From assembly GCA_010356995.1 (NCBI GenBank), contig ML996703.1, positions 682,001 through 746,000 on the forward strand: a DNA stretch of 64,000 nt. Reading direction: 5' to 3'. Every line of letters begins with the position of its first letter. Positions within the stretch are counted from its first letter, which is position 1. Under the pieces are notes generated by a model, which saw only the letters and a list, made by a program, of their open reading frames with translations, searched no databases and had not been told where the DNA came from. The position numbers and the translations under genes are program-made. This DNA comes from Trichodelitschia bisporula (lineage: Eukaryota). Shown one piece after another: positions 23,690-37,526 of the stretch.

Positions 23690-25948
23690 ATGTCCTCCTT
23701 CGGCTTGCGGCGTCTTGCGCTCTCTCGCCAGGTCAGTTTGGCTCTTCCCCTCCTCTTCGCGCGCGGGGCAAGCCTTTGCAATTGCGAAACTCGGCCGCGT
23801 GATCGTCCAATATCAGCAGCAAAACTCGTGCACAACACTGGCTTTGAAGAAGTTTTACTGACGAGACACTTTGTATGGCCAGATCTCACGAGCTGCGAGA
23901 CCTCAGTTCCGTCAGTTCTCCTCCACGAAGCCGGTCTCCCGCATCATCACCAGCCAACCTCTTCGTGCGAAGGAGGCGCCACCCCATGTTTCGAACACGT
24001 ACCCGGTGATAGATCACCAGTATGATGCGATCGTGGTCGGCGCCGGTGGTGCCGGTTTGCGCGCGGCTTTTGGCCTTGCTGAGGCCGGCTTCAACACGGC
24101 GTGCATTTCCAAGCTCTTCCCCACTCGCTCTCACACAGTTGCGGCGCAGGGTGGCATTAATGCCGCGTTGGGCAAGTACGTATCCCTCCTCCTTTTGCGA
24201 CTGCCGGACTCTGACCAGATTTTACAGTATGCACGAGGACGACTGGCGGTGGCACATGTACGATACCGTCAAGGGCTCCGACTGGCTTGGTGATCAAGAT
24301 GCCATTCACTACATGACCCGCGAGGCTCCCCAGAGCGTCATTGAGCTTGAGAACTACGGGTGTCCATTCTCTCGGACTGAGGACGGCAAGATGTAAGTTT
24401 TGCTTTGGCTGCGCGCTGAAGCTATGCTGACTCCCCTTCAGCTACCAGCGTGCTTTCGGTGGTCAGTCGCAGAAATATGGCAAGGGCGGCCAGGCCTACC
24501 GGTGTTGCGCCGCAGCGGACAGGACTGGTCACGCTTTGCTGCACACGCTCTATGGGCAGTCTCTCCGGCACAACACCAAGTACTTCATCGAGTTTTTTGC
24601 TCTGGACCTGATCATGGAAGATGGCGTCTGCAAGGGCGTTCTCGCCTATAACCAGGAAGACGGCACTCTGCACCGCTTCCTCGCTCACAACACAGTCCTT
24701 GCTACTGGTGGTTACGGCCGTGCCTACTTCAGCTGCACGTCCGCTCACACCTGCACTGGCGACGGCATGGCCATGGTTGCACGCGCTGGCCTGCCCAACC
24801 AGGATCTCGAGTTCGTTCAGTTTCATCCCACCGGTATCTACGGCGCCGGCTGCTTGATCACGGAAGGTGCTCGTGGTGAGGGTGGTTATCTCCTGAACTC
24901 AGAGGGTGAGCGGTTTATGGAGCGTTACGCTCCGACGGCCAAGGATCTTGCCAGCCGTGACGTTGTGTCTCGTTCCATGACCATGGAGATCCGCGAAGGC
25001 CGCGGCGTCGGCCCTGATAAGGACCATATCTACCTGCAGCTGAGCCATCTCCCGGCTGATATCCTCCATGAGCGTCTTCCGGGCATCTCCGAGACTGCTT
25101 CTATCTTCTCAGGCGTCGACGTTCGGAAGGAGCCAATCCCTGTCCTGCCCACGGTCCACTACAACATGGGTGGCATTCCGACCAAGTACACTGGTGAAGT
25201 CGTTACGGTCGATGAAAACGGCAAGGATAAGGTTGTGCCCGGTCTGTTCGCCTGCGGTGAGGCTGCCTGTGTGTCCGTCCACGGTGCCAACCGCCTCGGA
25301 GCCAACTCTCTTCTGGATCTTATCGTCTTCGGGCGTGCCGTTTCTCACACGATCCGCGACAACTTTACGCCCGGCCAGCCGCATAAGGAAGTCTCGGCCG
25401 ATGCCGGCGCTGAGGCGATCAAGGTGGTCGACGATATCCGCAACGCTGACGGCCCCAAGTCCACCGCCGAGATCCGCCTTGCCATGCAGAAGGTCATGCA
25501 GACCGATGTGAGCGTCTTCCGCACCCAGGAGAGCTTGGATGAGGGCGTGCGCAAGATCAACGAAGTCGACCAGACCTACAGCCAAGTGGGCATCAAAGAT
25601 CGTAGCATGATCTGGAACTCGGACCTTGTGGAGACGCTCGAGCTGCGGAACCTGCTCACCTGCGCGTAAGTTTCGTCTTGGCTAATAAGTTTTCCCTGGG
25701 ATGTTGTGCTAATGGTGCCATTTTTCAGCGTTCAAACTGCCGAGGCTGCGGCTAACCGTAAGGAATCCCGTGGTGCTCACGCTCGCGAGGACTACCCCGA
25801 TCGTGACGACGAGAACTGGATGAAGCATACGCTCACGTGGCAGAAGAAGCCTCACACCAAGGTGGACATTGGCTATCGTGGAGTGAAGATGGAGACGCTC
25901 GATGAAAACGAATGCAAGACCGTTGCTCCGTTCAAACGCGTGTACTAA
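23690..25948 (+). CDS. SDH1: Succinate dehydrogenase flavoprotein subunit, mitochondrial
   Basis: Presequence [23 protein letters not shown] motif; covalent-[41 protein letters not shown]. Four introns. Confidence 0.97.
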
Positions 25949-26355
25949 GCATTTGCACCGGGATGGCGGCGCGGCTGGGGAAGCAGCTCGACCGGCTAGA
26001 GGTGAGGCGAAGGCTGGTGGCAATTTGTACTCTAGAATCTGCGCAATTTCGGTGGCACGCGGGGAGTTTGTTTTGCTGCGTTCTATGCTTGTTCATGGCA
26101 TATCAATGCGTGACTGGCGGCGGGAGGGCGGGGGCTGGGGATGTGCGGTTGGTAGAAAAAACGATGGATGGTTCATTATGTCTATTGCGCGACTGGTGAG
26201 ACGACTTTAGGAGCGGCATTGCAGTCTCTAAGAGCACAGTTGGCATTAACCCGGCGTACAACTCATCAAAGAGGTCATGAATCTACCTCGCCTCATCATC
26301 ATGGCCCACATCCAACACCGTCACATGGTCTACCCAAAGGAAATAACTACACCGC

Positions 26356-29300
26356 CTAGTTAAGGTGCGTCTTCCCCGGCCCTGCCGCCTTCTCCGTCTC
26401 TTCTGGCTCCTCCATCTCTTCTGGTTCCTCCACCACGGCAACATCTACCTCACTCTTAGCCCACACCTGCTCCCCGCCAAACTCGGATAACGAGCTACTC
26501 GTCGGCCGCTGCTGAATGCTACTGGTGCGATGTCGGCTTACAACGCCAGGGAAAATCCTAGGCTCCGTCCCATCGAGATGAATCTGTGAGCTCGACTCCG
26601 AGCGCGGAAGCGTCTGACCCACAGGTGAGACGACGGGCATCGATGTCGGGGAGTAGGCGAACGAACCCGGCGGCTGGGGCACGGGACCACTGGAATCTGG
26701 GATAAAAAGCATAGACGAGGAGCGAGGAGGACGGCTGTCTGGCGAGCTGGGGTGTCCGTCGGCGTGCGGGAGTGCGTGTTCGGCAGAATCGAAGGGGGTG
26801 GGCATTAGGGGATTGGGAAGGGCACTGAAGGAATGCGGGTTAAGGGAGGGGTTGGTGGGGAAGGAGGGGACGGGCGAGGCGGGTCCGGACTTGTGGTGCG
26901 GTAACGTGCTGTCGATGAGGGTGGGGTTGGGGAGGGTATGGGTGTAGCGCGCGATCCTGGGAAGTCAGTATGAGCAATAGGGGCGGGAGTATGGGAGTGT
27001 ACATGTCATGCTCCTGCTTGAGGGTCTCGTAGCGGAAGGCTTCGCGAATGTCGGGGACATTGGTCTTGGTCATGTCGTTGCCAGCTGCCCCAGTGGCATT
27101 GTAGTATTCGCCGAGCCAGCGCTGCTTGAGCACGTGTTCGAAGCCGCTTTGCTCGACTGAATGCTTCGCTAGCTCGCACATGTCTACGGCCGTGAGCTTG
27201 TAGATCTGGGCGGCGACCGAGTACTCTTCAATGAGCGGTTCTTTGGTAAAAGCAAATTGGAGAGGGTCGTCGGTGGACAGGGATACGTTCAAGCCTCGTC
27301 GGAAGTACTGCAAGAATGGATTCCGCTCGTAGGCGAGGAAGAGCGCGTTGTTGCTTAGAGGGGACATGGCGATGCCAATCTGCTCAAGGTAGAAGATGTA
27401 CTGTAAAAGAGGAACCTTGCGTAGCAGCAATCCATGACTGATGCTATGGCAGCACAACACAGCAGCAGCCAGGTGGTCGGTATCACCGGCTTCTCCGCAG
27501 TGAGGCCGTAGGAGGAACGTGTTGAAACCTCGCCTCTTCCGCCAGACATTAAGCGAGGCAATGTTGGAAAAGAGGGTATAAATCCAGTAGCTGTACGGTG
27601 GGTTCTGTTTGGTGTCCCAGTCCTTGGGAACAGGGAATTTGCGGTACAACCGCCGTTCCACTTTGCTCTCATCATCAACACTGTCGAAGCCGATAACTCT
27701 TTGAAGAAATATGTGCAGCTTCTTGTGCGACGAAGGGTTGTGTGTGACCTCGAAAAGAGGTTGAAACACATTAACCACGACCTGCTCGAAGTTGTCCATG
27801 AGGCCAGAGGACTTGTACACATCGTACAACCGGGGAATCTGGATGAGCCAACGGATATTGGGGGAGAAAAGCTTGTTGTCTACGACCCATGCGGCCAGCT
27901 TGTCCCATTCATCGAGACTGCGACCATAGATGGATATCCTCCATTCAGCCATTTGGTACTTGCTTGCTTCGAGATCCGAAATAACCTCTTTCGTGATTTC
28001 GGCCAAATAGCGGCCACGGATGAAGTTGTCAGTCTTCAGAAAGATTGTCCTAAGACGTGACTCGCCGACAGGATTATATTTCAGATTGAACTTGTCGAAG
28101 CGGTGGAAAGTGTCTGTGTGGGCCTACAAAGTGTCAACTATGGACGTCTCTCCAATTCCTCACGTACATGCATATCCAGAGTATCGATGCTGAGGTCGTA
28201 AGCAGTGAGATTTATACTCGCAAATACCTCTCTCAAGGTCAAGTGCCGCCCATCTCTGTACAGCACAACTTCATCGGGCGACTTCTTCATCTTGCTCTTG
28301 ATGAATCGGAGTAGATGCTTTTGATTCATGCAAGCCGAGTGATGGACGTGGGTGTCAACCTTGCGCACATTGTAAAAGTCTCTGTGCGGAACCTTCTTGC
28401 TGTCCGCCATTTCTTGATATTCATTGAGAAGAATATAAAGATTGAATTTCCCCTCAAGGTATTGAAGTCGGCGATAAGCAAAGCTTTTGCTCGGACCATC
28501 GGACGATATATTCAGGACTGTATCGAGATCCAGATAGAACTCTTTGATTGTGGGTATGCTGAAAATTGGCTTGCCCAGCTCCTGCGACTCGGAGTCCTCG
28601 TAGACTTGATACACGCCTTGGCCGTCAAGCTTAAAGGTCATCCCCGTTTCCCCTGGGATCGTTGACAGGATTTCGTCCAGTTCAAAGTCTTCGCCAATGT
28701 TCTGCCCCATTTTACGTGGACGCTTCGCAGGCATACCAACATCAGACGAACCTTTGGCGACGGAGTCTCGATCCAGGATGCCACTGTTGCTCACGCTATT
28801 TGAGGGTCCACCGGTTTTGAGGCGATCCCAGACAGGATCAGGGGGAGGAGGGTATAATTGCCAGCTTGGATCGTCCTTCGGGTTGTCACGCGGGCCCTGG
28901 AATGACAGCTCAATGTACTTCTTCCGGATGTCAAGCACTTTCTGAATGTTTGTGTAGATTGCGCTGAGCTCGGCGGTGACAGAGGCGTCACTGGTGGCAA
29001 AGGTTCCAGGGCCATTGCCAACTCCGACGCCTGCACCAGCCCCATGTATTCCCTCGTTGATAATAATAGATGACTGCGGAAGCTGAACGTGTCTAGTACC
29101 GTCCCTCACCGTTTGGTTGCCTTGTCGGAGCGCTTCGTTGGCCTGCGGGACTTGAGGAACCGTCCCTTGGTGCGTAGAGTCTTGCTGTGTGCGATCCGTC
29201 ACTGGGGTAGGAGCACCGGTTCTACCGCCATGTCGTGACCGAAGGCTGTCTGTCCGGCTGAGGATGTCTCCGTCTGCTCCAAGGCCAGCAGGCATGGTTC

Positions 29301-29898
29301 TCGCCCGCATGAGAGGACTCACGCCGTCCATGGGAGGGATATCGAGCTGATGATGATGCTGGTACATCTGCCTCACCTCTTGGTCATGAATTATCTTTTC
29401 CGAGGCGTAGTCGTAGAAAGCGGTCTTGCGTTGCTTATCTCTGGGCAGCAGTCCTTGCTCAGTCTGCTCAGCCAACTCAGTATCCATTTTGCGATGTCCA
29501 GTTGAGGAACCCCCGTGCTCGCCTGTCGTATTCTCCTCCTCCCCATCCTCCAGGGGTGAGCTGCCGTGAGAGCCATCTTCATGGAAATTATGGGGCTCGT
29601 CATCGTCCGAGATGTTCTCCAGCCCAGACGGCCCGATATATGGGGAATGAGTCGGAGAAGGGGCAAAGGAAGCTGCCATTTCACAGTCGATGTTAGCACT
29701 AAAACTGGTGGAGCTTCAAGGTACTGTACCATCCATATTCGTAAGCACCGCGGCTCCTTGCTCTGACTTATTGACTTGAAGACGTGCAGTACGTGCTTGT
29801 GGCGATCCGCTCCTAGCCGTGTCGTCTGGGGCACCCTGCAACCAAGGTGTGGGCGAATCAGAGGGCGCATCGTCGACAAGCATCTTGCCGCGGGGCAT
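26356..29898 (-). CDS. AMD1: AMP deaminase
   Basis: [19 protein letters not shown] and [10 protein letters not shown]. The ORF-track ATG at 29679 lies inside a predicted intron (GTACAGT...GCTAAC...GGCAG); the upstream exon joins in frame, and the exact start (29898, 29883 or later) is uncertain. Confidence 0.93.
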
Positions 29899-30426
29899 GT
29901 CGAGGAAGGTCAAATGGGGATTCTTGCAGGGTACTGTGATATTCCGTATTTGGGCGAAACATTAAATGTTGCTAGGATATTGGTATGCTGGCTTCGAGAA
30001 GTGTTTATGGCGCTGCTGCTTGATAGACGTTGCTCCCTCAGCAATTCAGAGCGGTGTGCCTTGCAGGTGTGTTGCATATTGCCGGCGCGCCCTCCTCGTG
30101 CGGTCTCGTGTAACTCGTTGGTTTAGCGCAATGTCCTCGTGGATTTTTTGTGGGAGGTACCAGCTTAACTTGCTAGCAACTTGAGTCACTCAGGATAGTA
30201 TTCTGACATGGGAGGAACGACTCCGTCGCTACAACATTGTTATTCTGATGCCATAGCAACCCGTTCGAACGCCAATCTGCCAACTAATATGTGTCGTCTA
30301 CAAATGTGCGAACCAGCAGCCTTGGAAATATTTTGGCTCCCTGCACCCTAGATGCCTTTTTGCTCAGTACCTGATATGTCGACACCTTGCCCGTTCGGCG
30401 GACTCAATGACATCCATTATCTGCTT

Positions 30427-31821
30427 TCACTCCTTGTCTCCACTGGGAGTGTGTATTCTCGTGTCAACCAGGTCATGGTGTGCAATGCTGATATGCTCTG
30501 CCCACTCATCTCTACCGGCAAAGGTGGCCGTGCAACTGATGTGTGGGCAAGAGAAGTACTTGTGAGTGTTTGAATGGAGATGCAGCTCCCATTCGTTGTG
30601 GAATCGCTTCACGTGGTTAGCATTAGATGTTGACTACAGTTAACTGCATACCTGGTGGCAGCTTATCCATGGGCAATGGAACTTTGGCGCGGCCATGTTC
30701 TTGTCCTCGGTCTCTTCGTGAATCCCATTGCTTGTAGCGGCCTGGATTTGATCTGCCGTCGGGAGACCAGCCTGCTGACTGACATGGCTGAGTATCATCT
30801 TCAGCCGCGTGATGGCTTTGCTGTCAATGGCACCGGTCCCCGACTGAATGACCTCAAGCTGGCTCCTTGCTTCTTGGACGAAGGGAAGAGCATCGCCCCA
30901 TACCTCGTCTGTGTAGCTGTTCAAGACACCCTGCCATTCTGAAAGCCAGTTTTCTTGCGGGTCCGCCGAGGAGTACATATTTGAGGTACTGTCTCCGAGT
31001 GTGGCATCCAAATTCTGCATCTGCTGGCGAAGTGCTTCTTGCTCCGCATCGGAAAGAGGGCGAAGATTGAGAGGATGGTTGCTAGGGACTTGCCCGTGGA
31101 CAGGAGTCTCAGGCATAGCCGATTTAATCTTGCTTACAAATGGCTGCTCTTCTTGCGAAAAGGTTTGTGGAAACAAGTCGGCGATGTTGGCATTGGAATG
31201 CTTCTCCATTTCCATCATATCGAAGTCGTCGGTATGCGCTGTAAATGATGGGTCCGAGAGAAGCTGACGTACCTCTGCGCCGTCGTCGTAGTTATCAGGA
31301 TGCTGAAAACCGTTGAATTTGGCTGCTAGGTTGGTTTGCGATGCCTTAGCCGGATGTGCCAAGTTGACCGTATCAAACTCCGCTGTCCAAGGTGAGGAGC
31401 TATGCCCCGTACCACCATTCGGAAGACCATTCCCCTCTCCAGTTAAGAAGCTTTCCAAGTCTCTTCTTGTACTTGACTCGTCACCACGAGTACGAAAGCT
31501 TTCCCCGGTGGAGTGAATCCCCGCCTGGCCGGAGTTGGCGCCGTTTATCGCAGGACCTGGCCGAACCACGGCGGCATCAAACCACGCTGATTGCTCCGAC
31601 GGTTGCCCTGTACTTTGTGACTTGTCGGCTGTGGCAAAACTGGACGATATAGCGCGCGGCACGTGGCTCCCGCCTTGAAGTGCGTTTTGCGCGAGTCCGG
31701 ATGCTGATGATATAACTCTGGATGCGAGAGACTGGCCGTGCTGTGAGATGGGTTCAGTGTCCTCATTCACTTCCTTCGCTTTGCCTTTGCCTTTATTGCC
31801 GTCCGCCGTGGAGTCCGCCAT
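30427..31821 (-). CDS. Uncharacterised protein with two C-terminal C2H2 zinc fingers
   Basis: 393-codon ORF spliced (GTATGC...GCTAAC...AAG) to a second exon, giving FHCPWISCHQ|RFHNEWELHLHSNTH and FSCPHISCTATFAGRDEWAEHISIAHH. Confidence 0.8.
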
Positions 31822-32285
31822 TGGGCTTCGAGTGGAGTGCGTAAACCGATTACGCCATCCAAGCTCGGGTTGGTTGGATGAGTGTTGTTTGGTGCCGGCG
31901 AAAAAATGTCAAGACCCTAAAACGGTGAAAATGAAAATTGGGCAGCTTCGAAATGTCGAGATACTCTCTCCGATAATGTTTTATAGCAAACTCCACTGTT
32001 CGGGTTGACTTGGGATAGGTTTGGGATAACTCTGACCCCTCCTGCAGTCATGACTTGGCGTAAACCCTCGGCTGGCACCGGCAGTTCCTGGTATCAATAT
32101 AACAAGCAAACATGAGGATGGCTTCCAACTCGCATACCGGTAGTGAACCAACCGCACTAGTTCTATTATGTACTCGGAGCGCTTGAGGAAGAGAAAAAAT
32201 TGCATTGGGTATACTAACTTCCGACATCGATTACCCTATCGCCTCTCTTGCTCCTCTCACAGCCCACACAGGTCGTCATGGATCC

Positions 32286-32998
32286 ATGCCGTCTAAACCT
32301 CATTCAAATATGAACCGAACGTACGAAGAAGAAATCAAGACTAAAGGAGGACATCAAAGAACGTACAAAGCGGTTGAAACGGTTGATACTGGCTCGTTTC
32401 GGGACATGAGTCCTTATCCAACTCCGCAACCCGATCGAACGAAGCAACCTCGAGGTTTGATGAGCAGCATGTTACAGTGATGGCGAAATACTTACTCGCT
32501 CTGTCAATCCTCATAGCCTTGCCACTCCGAACTTTCCCTTTGCTCCCGAACCGGACCTCCGAGTGGAATGCCATCGGAATCGCAGTCTTCGGCCCGATCT
32601 TCGGCCGGAATTGCTTCCTGGCCGCTTTCGGTATTCAGCGTCCCCGGAAGGAATATGAGGAAGGTCAATAGATACCCAAGGTGCGTCTGTATCCCCTGTT
32701 GGAAGGGACCAGAAGGATCAGATTGATAATCACGGAGTTCGAGCGGGTTCTAGTTCTTTCTGTTTGCGCAAGCATATTCGCCGCTCTTTATGTATATATA
32801 TATCAACAGATAGTTAGGTTGCAGGAAATCGACCAACTCATCGCAATACTCGAAGACCCTAAAGTTACAACATCCCCTAGGAATCTGCGAAGACGTTCCC
32901 TCCTCGCTGCCGCTATGTCGGCTGTATCCATGGCGACATCCGCGGAGTATGAATCGTTCTCTGTTGGGCATTCCAGCGGTGAATGGTGCCCCGACTAG
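32286..32998 (+). pseudogene. Possible orphan gene or pseudogene with one in-frame TAG
   Basis: ORFs 32477-32671 and 32681-32998 are in the same frame, separated only by TAG at 32669-32671. An upstream ATG exon (MPSKPHSN...MSPYPTPQPD) could be spliced on, but splice signals are weak and I recognise no homology. Confidence 0.25.
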
Positions 32999-35900
32999 AC
33001 GTTCTCCATATCAGCATCAACATAATTCTGCGGGTGCAACGATGACACCTTGCTGTCAACGTGTGAGCGGAGAAGAATGGCCTAGCTCACCTGAGTTTCT
33101 CTACCATCGGCCTCGGCTCGACCGGTCGATCTCGGGTTCTAGTCAACGCTTGGACTGCCTCGTTCAGTGCGACTATCCGAGTCCGAGCGTGAATCTTCCG
33201 GTCTAGACATATTGATGGTTAAGAGTTTTGGCTTTGGGCTCTGCGATGCACTATAGCCATGAGTACGCCGGATGAACCTTCTGTAAGACGGCGAAGCAGA
33301 AGCAATTGCTGTGCCTCCGACCTTTTCCTCGACGCGACCCGGACTATATCAATTTCAAGCTCACGGAGTCAGTCCGACCCATTTGAGCCTAAAACACATG
33401 GCGCAATTTGGAGCTCAGCATGTTGTCGGCCATCCAGTCTCCGCCAGCGCGCCGCGGAGATGTAGCACTGCCAACAGTAGCCAGAGACTGCCCCATCATA
33501 ACCAGCGACTGCTTAACCGCATCTCCGACTGCATTCGTACTGCCCCCCTAGTCTACAGTCTGCATGCTGTCTTCGCCCCATGAAAAACTTAAACGCAAAG
33601 GTGAGCCACGGGGTTCCGGCTAGAGAAGTCGTCCAAAGTACTCACTCCACGATATCAGGCATCCGGCGAGAATCACAACTCCTGATGGACTGTAACAATC
33701 ATAACGTCTCGATCGAGTTCAACTGGCCGGATTGCACGGGATCGTACTCCAAAGTTAGATGGGACATGCTCATCACCCATCTCCAGGGCCAAGGTGCTGG
33801 CTGCGGATTGTCAGACCCCTTTCGGGCTTTCCTTGCCCGAACAGTCACCAGGGAGGCCCTTTTTTGGGATAGGAGAGTATATAAAACTCCATTGACCGCC
33901 TCATTTACAGAGAGAAGGCGGTTTGTCGGACACCGTCGAATGAATCAGGACGATTTTTGAACCGTCCAATGTAGGTAGACGACCATGGGGCTGCCGGACA
34001 ACATGTTCGAGGCGGGATGCTATCAGGGAATAAAGAAGCGCCAGGCAGGTGTCTGCTTAATGTTGCGCTCCTCAAATCTATGGCACCACGTCTGGCAGTG
34101 CTTGATCGCACGACATGCCGCTCCCGCGTTCCCCGTCCCTACGCTCCGTGAATAGGTCTGCCAGGGAGGGCGGGCAGGGTCACGGACAAGGAAAAGCTTA
34201 GGCATCGATTTCGTCCGGAGAGAGGGCTCTAAAGGAGTTACTAAGAGGCACTTAAGGTTACTCTTACTGCACAGGATCCGTGAACGAGGCATCTAGACAC
34301 AGCAGGTATCTTCCTGTACTACTTACACCTTCGGGATGCTCCAATTCGGCCATGTTTGTATTCTACTGCCGCCCTGCATGAGTGCCATTGCTCACGATCA
34401 GCGCGCCCTTGACCGCCTTTTTATGCGACATGAACGCCCTTCATACAATCAACAATGGCCCCTCAACGAGGAGAGGAAGCGACCAAAGTGTTTTTACCAG
34501 TGGGTATCTAATGGGCTGCAGGGCTGCATATGAAAGAAGGCTACGCGGCGCCCTAGACGCGTCAACGCCTCAAGGCTCACACTGCCATCAAGCAACCGGT
34601 ACTGTTTCATGCATGAGCAACTCTCCCTCCTATGGTGATTTACCTGCGCAAGAGCTGTTCACATATCAGCGCTTACAACCATTCTCCTTGTCCAAAGGGT
34701 TGAGCCTGACTTCATTCGGCTTACGGATGGTGTCGGTTGAAAGTTTTGCCTGACTTTCGTCGGCTAAGGAAGGGCAAACCAGCTTTCTGTGCGGCCGATT
34801 CGAGAATTAAAATTAGGAAAGGCATCGAAGAGAAGGTTTTTACCGGAGCTCAACAGAAGTTGCCTTTTTCTTCAGAGGGGATAAACTTTACGCATTGAAG
34901 TCCTCCCGCAGCATCAATTGACCGGTAAGCACTAAATGACCTGAGCTTGGAGCCGCTCCGATGCCAGTAGGCTTTTGATACTTTCGAACTGAAATATCCA
35001 GTATCATCAATACGCGTGTTCCAATGGTATTGTATCCCATCCTGCCAGTACGGTCTACGGTCTAAGATGGTGCACTTCATGCGACTTTGCAGTAGCACCT
35101 GCACTGAAATCTCTATGCGTGGGGCGCGAACCATTTTGGCGACGGGCGTGAATGACTGTGCGTTGACAAGGTCCCACAAAAAGCCGTCGGAGACCGGTTC
35201 GATATCTGTACTCTGGACTGTACGGGTACTCTAAACCACAGGCTGGGCATATTGCAACGGACATGCATCCGGTCAACCTCCATCGGTCGGGTTTCCAACG
35301 GGTTCTTCAGCCCATACAGCTTTTCGGAGCATGGACTCTGCGTGCCTGAGAACGACTTCTATTTCGAATCTACCAAAGCTGACATCCGTTCATGTCGTTG
35401 GTTGTCCAATGGAAGCGCTCGTTTTCAAATACAATCCCAAGTGACCCATACAGTCGTCTGCCTTACATCGCCGTTGGGTCAAAGAAAGCCACTACAAAAT
35501 TTTAGGCCCAAGTGGTAGAGTATCACTGGCGAGGTGGGTTGGCGCCTGTCAAACCATATGTATTGTGGTACGGGTACTGCTTTGCAACTGACTCCAACTA
35601 CAAGCACAATTTACAAACATCAACCTCAAGCATCATATGGATTGGACTTTCTAATGCGCCACATGCAGGAATGACCTTCCTTTGCACAAGGCAAGCACGG
35701 CAGGTGCTGGGTTGAATCAATGGCCAACAAGCTTCTCTACTGTACTCCGTAATAACGTCTCAACCGCCACCACCTTAGTTCAATCGACACTAACGCATGA
35801 ATGCCTCCATGTAACTATCCGCGAGTACCTCGAATCACCCACGTCAACCGCTGCATAAGGCTATGTTGCGTGGCGACACTTAACTGGGGATTATGCGGGG

Positions 35901-36756
35901 TGTTGGGAGCGTGATCAGTCCGAGCAATGTCATGCCGTAAATCCCAGCGTGTGCCATTGAGTTGATCGGTTGGTATCGGTTGAGACCGATGGAAGGCAAA
36001 AGGCACATGGCGATCGAACCCAGGGCCGTGAGCAGTCTTAGAGGTTGGTGTTCCTGTCTACCCAATCACATCCATCCACCAACGCCTACTGTAAGGTTAT
36101 CGGACCGGGTTAAGGCTGAGCTTGCGTCGGCTGGAGCAGGTCATTCTGGAGGTGATCGTGGGGAAGAGCAAATTGCCCCATATTCATGTTCAGTCTTACT
36201 CTATTTCCCGGACGCTTCACATTCCACCCTTCAGTTACCGTACGCATCACAAATGATCTGCTCCCGGCAAGGCCGACTCAAGGCTCATGCGGCTCTGGTT
36301 GGCCAATTAGAGATGACAATTTTAAACAAGGCCAGCTGTCAGAGGCAAATAGGTGCGGCACATAGGTTTTGGGACGGATGATGGTGCCCCGCATAAGTCT
36401 AGAGGATGCTAGTCTTCACAAGGCTGATGTGCTTTCCAAATATCACGGCCCCAGCGGCGGATGCATGGCAATTCTTTGCCCAACACCCATATGCATGGGC
36501 TCGACTCGCTCCGATCCGGGTTCGGGAAAGGGAGCAGGTGAACTAGAAGCGTGTGAGCATGCGGCAAAGTCCTGAAACAGTGGGAATGAGAGAGGCTAAC
36601 TTTCTAATCAGTCGCCCAACAGACGCTGGGTTTGCGTTTCGAGCGCGATAAGCGCTTGCGTCAACCACTTTCAAATACGATGAGCGAATACGGTGAGTGA
36701 ATACTACGCTAACAATGTCCCAGCCATAGCGCAGTCCGGCCAACTCCGAACCTTAA

Positions 36757-37418
36757 GGGTACTTATAAATCCACAGTCCATAAATGTTACATCTACAGCC
36801 CTCTAGAAAGCTAGTCCTAAAGGGGTATAGTCTATCAGCTAGAACTCATTAGCTCCACGCCCTAAAAATCTAACATATGTCAAGAGTCTATTAAAACCTT
36901 GCCGTAAACCTTCAGATCGCGATGCAGCCATGCCACAAAATGATATAAAAAGTAGAACTGAGCAAATTTTAATTGTCTCAACACGCTGCGTATTTTGACA
37001 CTTACCTCATTATAATAGTATTTTTGGATGAATAGTTATCGCGATATAAAGCTTTTGTGGCTTGATGCGGCTTAATGTAGCTCGGGCGCGCCGGCGCTAA
37101 GACCCCGCCAGAAAGCTACGAAACTTCAACTTACAATAACATCTTTTATAGCAACGCTATCGCAACGAAAGGCACGCCAAAATGCTCGTCCCGTTAATGC
37201 AATCGAAATAAAGCCGGTTTCACTTTTAGATAATTTTGTGGCAAGGGTGCATCGCGATTTGAAGGTTTGCGGCAAGGTTTTGGTAGAGTCTTAGCGTCAT
37301 ACACGTGAGCAAGTATGAGTTCCGGCAAGCGCAGGGCCAGCACACTTTACCTTTTTAGGACTAGCTTTCTAGAGGGCTGTAGATGTAACATTTATGGGCT
37401 GTGGATTTATAAGTACCC
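36757..37418. mobile_element. Non-autonomous foldback/MITE DNA transposon, Mutator (MULE)-like, 662 bp
   Basis: 65-bp terminal inverted repeats (36757-36821 and 37354-37418, one mismatch) starting GGGTACTT. Inverted similarity continues inward. 9-bp target duplication GAACCTTAA (36748-36756) / AAACCTTAA (37419-37427). AT-rich; no transposase. Confidence 0.9.
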
Positions 37419-37526
37419 AAACCTTAAAACCTATGTTCACCGAAGCCCAGCGAATAGAGTACCATACAGTAGAGATATACCATCGCCAAATAGTAATGTT
37501 CGGTGAGGTCACTCGCCCAATGCCCC

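Noticed and set aside
29673..29679. ORF-track start MAASF for AMD1
   Set aside because: The ATG falls within the 3' end of a predicted intron (branch GCTAAC, acceptor GGCAG); an upstream exon joins in frame.
33580..35518. ORFs of roughly 60-130 aa in the gene-poor block
   Set aside because: No recognisable motifs, codon bias or coherent splice structure.
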